From Christensenellales bacterium (GTDB lineage: Bacteria; Bacillota; Clostridia; Christensenellales; UBA1242), in NCBI GenBank assembly GCA_051883495.1, contig JBJETV010000022.1, forward strand, positions 35,118 through 99,117: 64,000 nucleotides of DNA, written 5' to 3'. Under the pieces are notes generated by a model. The model was not told where the DNA came from. It made no database searches and worked only from the letters and a program-made list of their open reading frames with translations. Shown here piece after piece: positions 44,114 through 51,548 of this stretch; position 1 is the stretch's first letter; each line of letters opens with the position of its first letter. A program made the position numbers and the translations under genes.

Positions 44114-47100
44114 ATGAAAAAATTCTTGTGGTTTATTGTGGTTGCAATAGCAGTTGTAAGTTTTGGGCTTACAATTTACTATTTCTCTGCCGACAACGAA
44201 GTTATCTATGTTCGCAGTTCGTATATCGTTGTGGACGAGGGAGATTTTATTTCAACCAACAGTTTGATAGAAATCAAACACAAAGGCAAAGACACAACAT
44301 TATCTTTTTCAAGCCAAAACGAAGAAGTTTTGAGCTTCAAGTCAGAGGGCAACACTTTTGAAGCAAAAAAAGGAGGTCAAGGGCAGATTGTTGTTACGAC
44401 CAGCAACAGACGTTATGCAACTTTGGTTATTGACGTGCTTGTTTGCGATGGCTCGGCAGAATATCCATATGTTATCACTACCGAAGCACAACTAAAGAAA
44501 ATCGGCGACACCTCGATAGAAGACAACAAATATACTACCGACAAAAATTATCGACTAGGAGATGACATCTCATTAGAAGTGGTGGAAGAAGGCAACTGGT
44601 CTCCAATCCAAAATTTCACCGGAACATTTGACGGCAACTTCTATACAATTTCCAACGTCAATATTACAGATAGCACACTAAAAGCAGATAATTATGACAA
44701 TAAGTTTGTTGGATTCTTTGACAAAATTGCTTACAACGCAACTGTCAAAAATCTTATACTTTCCAACTTCAATATCAATGTCAGCGAAGCATTTGCTGTA
44801 GGTTCAGTGGCAGGACTCAACCAAGGAACAATTCGTACTTGCCTTACTTATGGCTCAATAGAAGTGGCAAACAAAGTGCAATATCTTGGCGGTGTTGTGG
44901 GCAATATGTATGTTGACTCCACAGCCACAGACACAATTTCTCCTATTATCGATAGATGCGGGTTTGAAGGAGCAATAACACTTCCTCAGACCAATCAAGC
45001 AACTTCTGCCAACCTAGGTGGAATAGTAGGAAAAATGGAAGAAAGTCAACTTTCCGAGAGTTATTTTAGGACAACTCAAGACAAAGTGCTAAAGAATTAT
45101 TCCAACCAATTTGGTGGAATTGTTGGCACTTATAGCACAAACAACAAACTTTATGACAGTTATGCATTCTTTGGCGGTTTGGACGAAGACAATACCAACA
45201 CAGCAACTATTGCAGGTATTATTGCAACAAACAACGAAACAAACACTACAAAACTTCAAAAATCAGTGCTTGGCAATTACTTTGGCGGAAGTGAAAACAT
45301 ATCCAGCACTGTCCTAACAGGCGAAACACTCAATTCTTCAGTAAACAAATATCTCACCAACGAGCAATTCTCCTCTCAAAACAGTTTTGTAACATATGTA
45401 ACATCGGCAGAAGATGTGAGATATTGGAATTTCTATTCCGTATGGGAATACTCTGGCGCATATATCTACCCAGTGCTTAATATCTTCTCATCAGTTGGTT
45501 CTTCTTATCTAGACAATCCAGAAATTGTAACAGACAGCACAGTAAAAACAGCACAAGAGTTATACGATGCACTTGCGGGCAATGGAAAATATGCAACTGT
45601 TACTGGGCTTGATATTCAAGGTGAATTTGACGCAGAAACAGGCAATTATTATATTGATATGGATCCAGAGGTTGTTGGTTGGACTTGGGGAGATGCTTCT
45701 CACCCAATCCCAGCAGGATTTGACAAAACAATCGCATCATCCACTGGATGTATAATCAAAAATCTCGTTATCACAAACACAGACACCTCAGCAACCAAAA
45801 ATGTAGGACTTGTAGCAAACCTTGGCAGAAATGCAATAGTAAGTTCATTGATATTTGACAAAGTTACAATTACAGGTAACCCAGCGCAATATGTTGGTGT
45901 TATCTGCGGTATTGACGAAGGCGCTATGATTGCAAGCATCGCTATCCAAGACCTTTCAGTCAATCTTTCTGAGGGATATATCCCAGTGGGCAACTGGCAA
46001 GGGTTGGATTATAGCAATGGCTGGGAAAACACTTCAGTCAAAACTGTTGTGGCAAGTGCCAGAGCAATAGGTTCTGTGGCAGGCAAAGCACTTTCCAGCG
46101 AAAACTATGGCATTCAACATATCGTTGTCGCCAATGTAGATTTTTCAAATTGCTACTTCTTGTATGCTGGTGGTATAGTGGGTTACAATTCCGCAGTTAT
46201 CACCAAAGGCATCAGAAGCAACAATGTAAGTTCAATCAAATTGAATGCAACTTATGCAGGTGGCGTTGTAGGCAACAACTTCGGTAGAGTTGAATATTGC
46301 AATGCAAGCAATGTAGAATTTAAGAAATCAATCAACCAATCCAATGAGAATACTTTGTTCAAAACAAACATTTTTGTTGGTGGAATCAGTGGAACAAACA
46401 ATGGTGATATCGCAAATGTTCAAGTTCAACAACTTGACATCGAGTTGCCAACCACTTCCGGCAATTATCTTTCACTTGGTGGTGTTTCTGGGGCAAACAA
46501 CGGCGCAATAAACAACGCACAAGTGTTGTATCCAGTTATCAAAACTACAGAAAAATATTATGTTATGGCTGGCGGTTTGGTGGGTAAAAATAGTGCTATC
46601 GTCAATGGCAACAGCACCAACGGAACAATTGCCAACTCCTCTGTAACAGGCGGAAGTATTGTCCTTGACTTCTCAACTAACGGCAGATCAGCATACAACA
46701 ACAAGAATGTTTCAATAATAGCCACAGGAAGTATGGCTGGCGGTCTGGTCGGTTATGACGACAGAACAACATCAGCATATTCCATTCAAAATTGCACCAC
46801 CACAATCACCAAAGTTTCTGCTTTCTTCGCAGGTGGATTTACAGGACTATCTTATGGCAAAATTTCCAAGGTTTCTGCTGGCGACACAACCAAAGTGTAT
46901 GGCGGATTGGAAATAAATGGCTTCCACGCAGGTGGATTTAGCGCAGGCATCGCAGATGGCTTTGTAAAAGACAGTTTTGTTCTTTGCACAGTAAAAGCAT
47001 GCGTAACAACTGGCAGTTACAATGATATTTCATCTGTTGTTGGTATGGAAATATCCGCCAGCGCAGGCTATGCAGTGCTTATCTCCAACAAAGCAGAGAT

Positions 47101-47377
47101 CGCAGGCAACTATGCAGTGGTAGAATTTGGTGGCAACGGAATATCTTTCTCCACCACAGCCGACCTTCAAGACAAATATGTAGGTGGCAAATATACAGGC
47201 AATATCTATATGCAATCTGGCGCAGTTACTGCCTCAAACATTGGAACAAAGCTTACCAAAGAGCAAATTACAGGTGAGGGTGGAGATTTCTCCGAATTTA
47301 CCAAAAATATTGGTTGCACAGGCAATGTCCACGATATTTGGAACCTTAACGCAGGCCAATACCCAACTCAAAAGTAA
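44114..47377 (+). CDS. signal-anchored surface protein (1,087 aa) with Big_2-like domain and many GLUG-motif repeats
   Basis: N-terminus MKKFLWFIVVAIAVVSFGLTIYYF. Repeats LGGVVGNMY, LGGIVGKMEES, FGGIVGTYS, AGGIVGYNSAVI, AGGVVGNNFGRVEYC, VGGISGTNNGDI, LGGVSGANNGAINN, AGGLVGKNSAIV, AGGLVGYDDRT. The track's N-terminal extension (from 44003) is encoded by the terminator hairpin. Confidence 0.85.
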   Translation: MKKFLWFIVVAIAVVSFGLTIYYFSADNEVIYVRSSYIVVDEGDFISTNSLIEIKHKGKDTTLSFSSQNEEVLSFKSEGNTFEAKKGGQGQIVVTTSNRRYATLVIDVLVCDGSAEYPYVITTEAQLKKIGDTSIEDNKYTTDKNYRLGDDISLEVVEEGNWSPIQNFTGTFDGNFYTISNVNITDSTLKADNYDNKFVGFFDKIAYNATVKNLILSNFNINVSEAFAVGSVAGLNQGTIRTCLTYGSIEVANKVQYLGGVVGNMYVDSTATDTISPIIDRCGFEGAITLPQTNQATSANLGGIVGKMEESQLSESYFRTTQDKVLKNYSNQFGGIVGTYSTNNKLYDSYAFFGGLDEDNTNTATIAGIIATNNETNTTKLQKSVLGNYFGGSENISSTVLTGETLNSSVNKYLTNEQFSSQNSFVTYVTSAEDVRYWNFYSVWEYSGAYIYPVLNIFSSVGSSYLDNPEIVTDSTVKTAQELYDALAGNGKYATVTGLDIQGEFDAETGNYYIDMDPEVVGWTWGDASHPIPAGFDKTIASSTGCIIKNLVITNTDTSATKNVGLVANLGRNAIVSSLIFDKVTITGNPAQYVGVICGIDEGAMIASIAIQDLSVNLSEGYIPVGNWQGLDYSNGWENTSVKTVVASARAIGSVAGKALSSENYGIQHIVVANVDFSNCYFLYAGGIVGYNSAVITKGIRSNNVSSIKLNATYAGGVVGNNFGRVEYCNASNVEFKKSINQSNENTLFKTNIFVGGISGTNNGDIANVQVQQLDIELPTTSGNYLSLGGVSGANNGAINNAQVLYPVIKTTEKYYVMAGGLVGKNSAIVNGNSTNGTIANSSVTGGSIVLDFSTNGRSAYNNKNVSIIATGSMAGGLVGYDDRTTSAYSIQNCTTTITKVSAFFAGGFTGLSYGKISKVSAGDTTKVYGGLEINGFHAGGFSAGIADGFVKDSFVLCTVKACVTTGSYNDISSVVGMEISASAGYAVLISNKAEIAGNYAVVEFGGNGISFSTTADLQDKYVGGKYTGNIYMQSGAVTASNIGTKLTKEQITGEGGDFSEFTKNIGCTGNVHDIWNLNAGQYPTQK

Positions 47378-47435
47378 TTAGTGAGTAATAAAAAAGAGAT
47401 ATTGATGTGTCCTTTTGAGACAGAATAGAAATTAA

Positions 47436-47465
47436 GGGAATTAGGATATATCTAATTCTCTTTTT
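47436..47465 (+). terminator. intrinsic terminator after the GLUG-repeat gene
   Basis: Stem GGGAATTAG (47436-47444) / CTAATTCTC (47452-47460) with one G.T wobble, 7-nt loop, then TTTTT. Confidence 0.65.
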
Positions 47466-47640
47466 GATATATTTTGGTATAAGAACAGAAGAGTAATTTA
47501 TTTTGTAGAAGAGTAGAAGTAAATAAATATCGGGTTTTTATGTGTAATTAAACTATAATATATAAACCATAAGAACTACTTTTATAAGTGTTATTTACAA
47601 GGAAAAATATTTACAACTTGAATACAAAAGGAGAAAAAAA

Positions 47641-48645
47641 ATGAGTAATGATATAATAATTAAGGATACAAAGCAATCAGAAATAACTCAAGAAATTTCA
47701 TTGGAAACTATTATAAGTAATGCAATAAAAATTCCAGGGGTTAAAGTCGATAGGAAAAAGTTTTTGGCAGAAATGTTTGCGAAAGAAACAGACTATTTGC
47801 TAGATATTATTGAAAAGGGCCCTATTTTGGCAGGGATAGAAGAAAGTGAATTAAAGAAGATTTCAAGTAGGTTGATTTTTGATAGAACAACAAAATCATC
47901 ACTTGCATCATTTGCTATGGGTATTCCTGGTGGATTAGCAATGTTCGCTACTATACCTGCAGATACATTACAATTCTATGGTGTTACACTAAAATTAGCA
48001 CAAGAACTATCATATCTATATGGTTCTCAAGATTTATGGAACGATGGCATAATTGATGAAGAAATAGTAAGAAATCAGTTAATACTTTATTGTGGAGTGA
48101 TGTTTGGTGTATCAGGGGCTACGGCTGGAGTAAGGTTGCTGTCTACACAAGTAGCTAAAGTTGCATTAAAGAAATTACCACAAAAGGCATTAACAAAAAC
48201 TTTTTGGTATCCTATCTTAAAATCAATTGGTAAATCTGTTGGGCTAAAGGTTACAAAAAATACTTTAGCAAAAGGTGTATCAAAAGCAATACCTGTAATA
48301 GGTGGAGTGGTTTCAGGGACATTAACATTTGTTTCAATGAAGCCTATGGCAGAAAAATTGCAAAAGACTTTGGAAAAAGCAAATTTTCATTATACAGAAG
48401 AGGAATTTAATAAAGATATTGAAATTGTTGATGCTGTAGATGGGATAAAAGACATTATAGAAGAACCTAAAAAGAAGTCATTATTTGAAAAAAGCAAAGA
48501 AAAGTTTGGTAGTTTGTTCCATAAAAAAGATATTAAAAATGAAAATAATTTAGAGCAAATTAAGAAATTAAAAGAGTTGCTTGAAATAGGAGCCATAACT
48601 CAAGAAGAATTTGATCAAAAGAAAAAACAATTATTAGACTTATAA
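47641..48645 (+). CDS. EcsC-like protein with C-terminal SHOCT domain
   Basis: SD AAGGAG. FAMGIPGGLAMFATIPADTLQFYGVTLKLAQELSYLYG resembles the EcsC core (GG...IPA...LR..Q.IA..YGY). The C-terminus LEQIKKLKELLEIGAITQEEFDQKKKQLL is a SHOCT-type motif. Confidence 0.75.
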   Translation: MSNDIIIKDTKQSEITQEISLETIISNAIKIPGVKVDRKKFLAEMFAKETDYLLDIIEKGPILAGIEESELKKISSRLIFDRTTKSSLASFAMGIPGGLAMFATIPADTLQFYGVTLKLAQELSYLYGSQDLWNDGIIDEEIVRNQLILYCGVMFGVSGATAGVRLLSTQVAKVALKKLPQKALTKTFWYPILKSIGKSVGLKVTKNTLAKGVSKAIPVIGGVVSGTLTFVSMKPMAEKLQKTLEKANFHYTEEEFNKDIEIVDAVDGIKDIIEEPKKKSLFEKSKEKFGSLFHKKDIKNENNLEQIKKLKELLEIGAITQEEFDQKKKQLLDL

Positions 48646-48709
48646 AATATTTCGCGAAATATACAACTCCTTTAATGAATACAAGAGTATTACTTAAAGG
48701 AGAAAAATT

Positions 48710-49231
48710 ATGGAAAATTATGATTTGCAACAAGATGAAGTTGTTTTATACAAAGGGAAAGTTGTGTTGAAACAGAAAAAGGGAATAACTGAGTTGATAC
48801 TAACAAATAAAAATTTTGTACTAATTACAACGAAAAAAAAGTTATTTGCAAAAGCAGAAGTATTTGTTGATACTTATCCAGTTAAAGAAATTAAATATTA
48901 TAAAGACAACCCGCAGGTAATAAGAAAGGGACAGTTAATTGAATTGTATTTCTTAAATGATGAGACAGAGTTTATGTTTGAAAGTAAAAGCGAAGCACGA
49001 ATATTTGTAAGTACAGCATTAAATTTATTGACAAATAAAACAACTTTTGAAAGGACATTCTTAAAGGGCTCAGATAAAATAAAAAACACAATTTCAATGG
49101 TTGATAAATCCCTTGGCGTTGATACTGTTGGAATAGCAAAAAATGTTATTAAAAATGGAATGCTTGGTAAAACAACAAATGTCATTGGAAAAGGGGTTAA
49201 GGTTATTGGTAAGTTTATAGGTAAGAAATAA
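48710..49231 (+). CDS. small PH/GRAM-like protein with cationic Gly/Lys-rich C-terminal tail
   Basis: SD AAAGGAG. The N-terminal ~110 aa (EVVLYKGKVVL...LILTNKNFVLITTKK...) resemble bacterial PH-like folds, which is a low-confidence call. The tail is GVDTVGIAKNVIKNGMLGKTTNVIGKGVKVIGKFIGKK. Confidence 0.75.
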   Translation: MENYDLQQDEVVLYKGKVVLKQKKGITELILTNKNFVLITTKKKLFAKAEVFVDTYPVKEIKYYKDNPQVIRKGQLIELYFLNDETEFMFESKSEARIFVSTALNLLTNKTTFERTFLKGSDKIKNTISMVDKSLGVDTVGIAKNVIKNGMLGKTTNVIGKGVKVIGKFIGKK

Positions 49232-49237
49232 AAAAAA

Positions 49238-49265
49238 GAGACTCCAACGAGTCTCTTTTTGTTTT
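49238..49265. terminator. bidirectional intrinsic terminator (PH-like gene on +, spoVG on -)
   Basis: Perfect stem GAGACTC (49238-49244) / GAGTCTC (49249-49255), loop CAAC. A7 lies upstream and TTTTTGTTTT downstream. Confidence 0.75.
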
Positions 49266-49321
49266 ACAAGATAAATTTTAGCGAAAGTTTATATATTTTC
49301 GTCCAAAACTAAGCCAAACTA

Positions 49322-49597
49322 TTATTCTGCTTTGATTGCTTTATCAAATTCTGCAAGAATAAGAGATTTGATGTGTTCTCTTGTTTCTGTGTCCAATGGA
49401 TGAACAATGTCCTTATGACCGCCATCAAGAGTCTTTCTGCTTGGCATTGCGATAAAGTATTCGCCATTGCCTTCGTTGCTTTCGATGATCTTGATGTCAT
49501 GGACAACAAAACAATCGTCAATTGTCATGCTAGCAACTGCTTTAAGTTTTGTGTCGTCTTTTTTGATAATCCTAATTCTAATGTCTGAAATCTTCAA
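49322..49597 (-). CDS. spoVG: septation/regulatory protein SpoVG
   Basis: LKISDIRIRIIKKDDTKLKAVASMTIDDCFVVHDIKIIESNEGNGEYFIAMPSRKTLDGGHKDIVHP matches the SpoVG pattern. The TTG start at 49597 is preceded by AAAGGAAGG 9 nt upstream. The track's ATG at 49636 would add 13 non-homologous residues. Confidence 0.85.
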   Translation of the reverse strand: MKISDIRIRIIKKDDTKLKAVASMTIDDCFVVHDIKIIESNEGNGEYFIAMPSRKTLDGGHKDIVHPLDTETREHIKSLILAEFDKAIKAE

Positions 49598-49708
49598 AGT
49601 CCCATACCTTCCTTTTTTATTGCCGTGATTTTTCACTGGCTAACTTAAGTTTATATTAAACTTACAAAAAAAGCAAACAAAATAGCATACTTTTTCATAT
49701 TTAATATT

Positions 49709-51070
49709 ATGGTTCAAATTTTTGAAAAATATAACAATATTTTTTTTGTGGGGATAGGTGGAATAAGTATGAGTGCTCTTGCAGTTTTTTGCAGAGAAAA
49801 GGGCGCAAATGTTTGTGGCAGTGATAGTAGTTGCTCGGAAAGTGTTTTGGGGCTAAAAAAAAGAGGGATAAAAGTTTATCCAAAGCACAAGGGCAAGAAT
49901 ATTACTGGTAGCAATCTAGTTGTTTTTTCTGGGGCAATATCCCAAAACAATCCCGAACTGTTAGAAGCACACCATCAAAACATTCCAACAATGGAGAGGT
50001 CAGAATTTCTGGGGAAAATATGCGAAGGTTATGAAAATATTATTGCAGTGTCTGGAACGCATGGCAAAACCACCACAACCAGTATGATTGCACATATTTT
50101 TATGGTGGCAAACCTCAACCCAACTGTTCATTTAGGGGGCAATCAACCGCAACTTGGTGGCAACCTACATATAGGGGGAGATAAATATTTTATAACAGAA
50201 GCATGTGAGTTTAGGGATAGTTTTCTTCAACTTAAACCAACAGTTTCTGTCATCACAAATATAGAATTTGAACATGTAGATTACTTTGGCTCATTTGCAA
50301 GAGAATGCCAGTCGTTCACCAACTTTGGAAAGACAACCAAAAAACTATGTATTGCCTCTGCAAGTTGCAAAAAAAATCTCCTGCTAGAAGACAAAAAGGT
50401 TAAATTTGTAGGCGATAAATCAGGACTTAATGCCCAAAATATCTCATTGTGTGAAGACGGCAAATATTCCTTTGACCTTTATTGCAAAAAGAAATATCTT
50501 TGCAACTTCAAACTTAATATCTATGGCAAATACAACATTCAAAACGCACTTTTGGCAATAGCAGTCGCTAGGCAGTTTGGGATAGATATCAACATTATTC
50601 AACTTGCAATAAAAACATACGAACCTGTGCATAGAAGATTTGAACAACTAGGCTTTTTTGCAAGCAATATCGTGGTGCAGGACTATGCCCACCATCCAAC
50701 AGAAATATCTTGTTCCATCAATACCTGCAAAGAGGTTTTTGGCAGAAAAATAGTGTGTGTTTTTCAGCCACACACCTACTCTCGCACCAAATGCCTTATT
50801 GATAGTTTTACCAAATGCTTTGACGGACTGGACACCCTTATCTTGTTGCAAACTTATCCCGCAAGAGAAAAATACGAATATTCTGGCAGTGCAGAATATC
50901 TAAAAAAGAAATTAGAAGAACTTCATCCCAGTTTTGCAGTGCAAGGAGTGTTCAATTTCAAACAATTTATTAGCCATATCAAATCTATGCAAATATCCAA
51001 CAGTGTAATATTATTTTTGGGAGCGGGGGATATAGAGCAAGTGGCAAATCAACTGGCAAAACTAAAATAA
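49709..51070 (+). CDS. murC: UDP-N-acetylmuramate--L-alanine ligase
   Basis: FFVGIGGISMSALA N-terminal motif, P-loop GTHGKTTTTSM, DYAHHP, and Mur ligase length and layout. Confidence 0.9.
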   Translation: MVQIFEKYNNIFFVGIGGISMSALAVFCREKGANVCGSDSSCSESVLGLKKRGIKVYPKHKGKNITGSNLVVFSGAISQNNPELLEAHHQNIPTMERSEFLGKICEGYENIIAVSGTHGKTTTTSMIAHIFMVANLNPTVHLGGNQPQLGGNLHIGGDKYFITEACEFRDSFLQLKPTVSVITNIEFEHVDYFGSFARECQSFTNFGKTTKKLCIASASCKKNLLLEDKKVKFVGDKSGLNAQNISLCEDGKYSFDLYCKKKYLCNFKLNIYGKYNIQNALLAIAVARQFGIDINIIQLAIKTYEPVHRRFEQLGFFASNIVVQDYAHHPTEISCSINTCKEVFGRKIVCVFQPHTYSRTKCLIDSFTKCFDGLDTLILLQTYPAREKYEYSGSAEYLKKKLEELHPSFAVQGVFNFKQFISHIKSMQISNSVILFLGAGDIEQVANQLAKLK

Positions 51071-51073
51071 AAA

Positions 51074-51103
51074 ATGGCTTGAATTACAAGCCATATTTTT
51101 TTT
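51074..51103. terminator. bidirectional intrinsic terminator between murC and rpmE (overlaps rpmE stop)
   Basis: Stem ATGGCTTG (51074-51081) / CAAGCCAT (51087-51094), loop aatta. A5 upstream and T8 downstream. Confidence 0.65.
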
Positions 51104-51287
51104 GAAATTTTTCCACCTTTCCGCTGGCATCAACAATTTTTTGTTTTCCAGTAAAGAAAGGATGACATTTGCTACAAATATCCACTTTGATAGTGTCGCC
51201 AGGTTTTGTAGATCTAGTCTTAAATTTTTCCCCACAGGCGCAAACAACTTCTACTTCATGGTAATTTGGTTGAATATCTTTGTTCAT
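51084..51287 (-). CDS. rpmE: 50S ribosomal protein L31, Zn-binding type A
   Basis: [50 protein letters not shown]. Has the CxC...CxxC motif. GGAGG SD. Confidence 0.95.
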   Translation of the reverse strand: MNKDIQPNYHEVEVVCACGEKFKTRSTKPGDTIKVDICSKCHPFFTGKQKIVDASGKVEKFQKKYGL

Positions 51288-51481
51288 GTTGGCCTCCTAC
51301 ACATTTTCTATATTGGTCTATGCTAGTATAGCCCAATTTGGCGATTAAGTCAACAATTTTTTTATTGTTAGGTGGTATATAAAGTTTTTAAGCAAATTTT
51401 AGCCAAAAATTGCAATACTTGTTTGACATTGTTTTGCAACATAAATATAATAAGTATATAAATATAAGTTTGTGGTCAAAA

Positions 51482-51510
51482 TTGACAGTGAAAATCAGTA
51501 TATATATTGT
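51482..51510 (+). promoter_or_regulatory. candidate promoter (perfect -35 TTGACA, weak -10 TATTGT at N17 or TATATT at N15)
   Basis: TTGACA at 51482-51487, with an AT-rich -10 region at 51501-51510. Confidence 0.25.
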
Positions 51511-51548
51511 TTTTTTCACTTTACAACACAGGCTTTGAGGGAGGAAAA

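Noticed and set aside
8598-47377. A polymorphic-toxin, contact-dependent-inhibition or autotransporter system, suggested by giant beta-helix proteins.
   Set aside because: The C-termini are plain TM anchors with basic tails. There is no toxin or immunity pair, no beta-barrel translocator, no TpsB-like partner and no pretoxin motifs that I can recognise. The gene content fits a monoderm, so adhesin or surface-fibre is the conservative reading.
47387-47400. Direct repeats AATAAAAA(AA)GAGA flanking the AT-rich cassette (47387-47399 and 49227-49241) as possible att sites.
   Set aside because: This is a low-complexity A-run match. The right copy is simply the stop codon plus the A-tract and stem of the terminator. 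There is no integrase or recombinase nearby.
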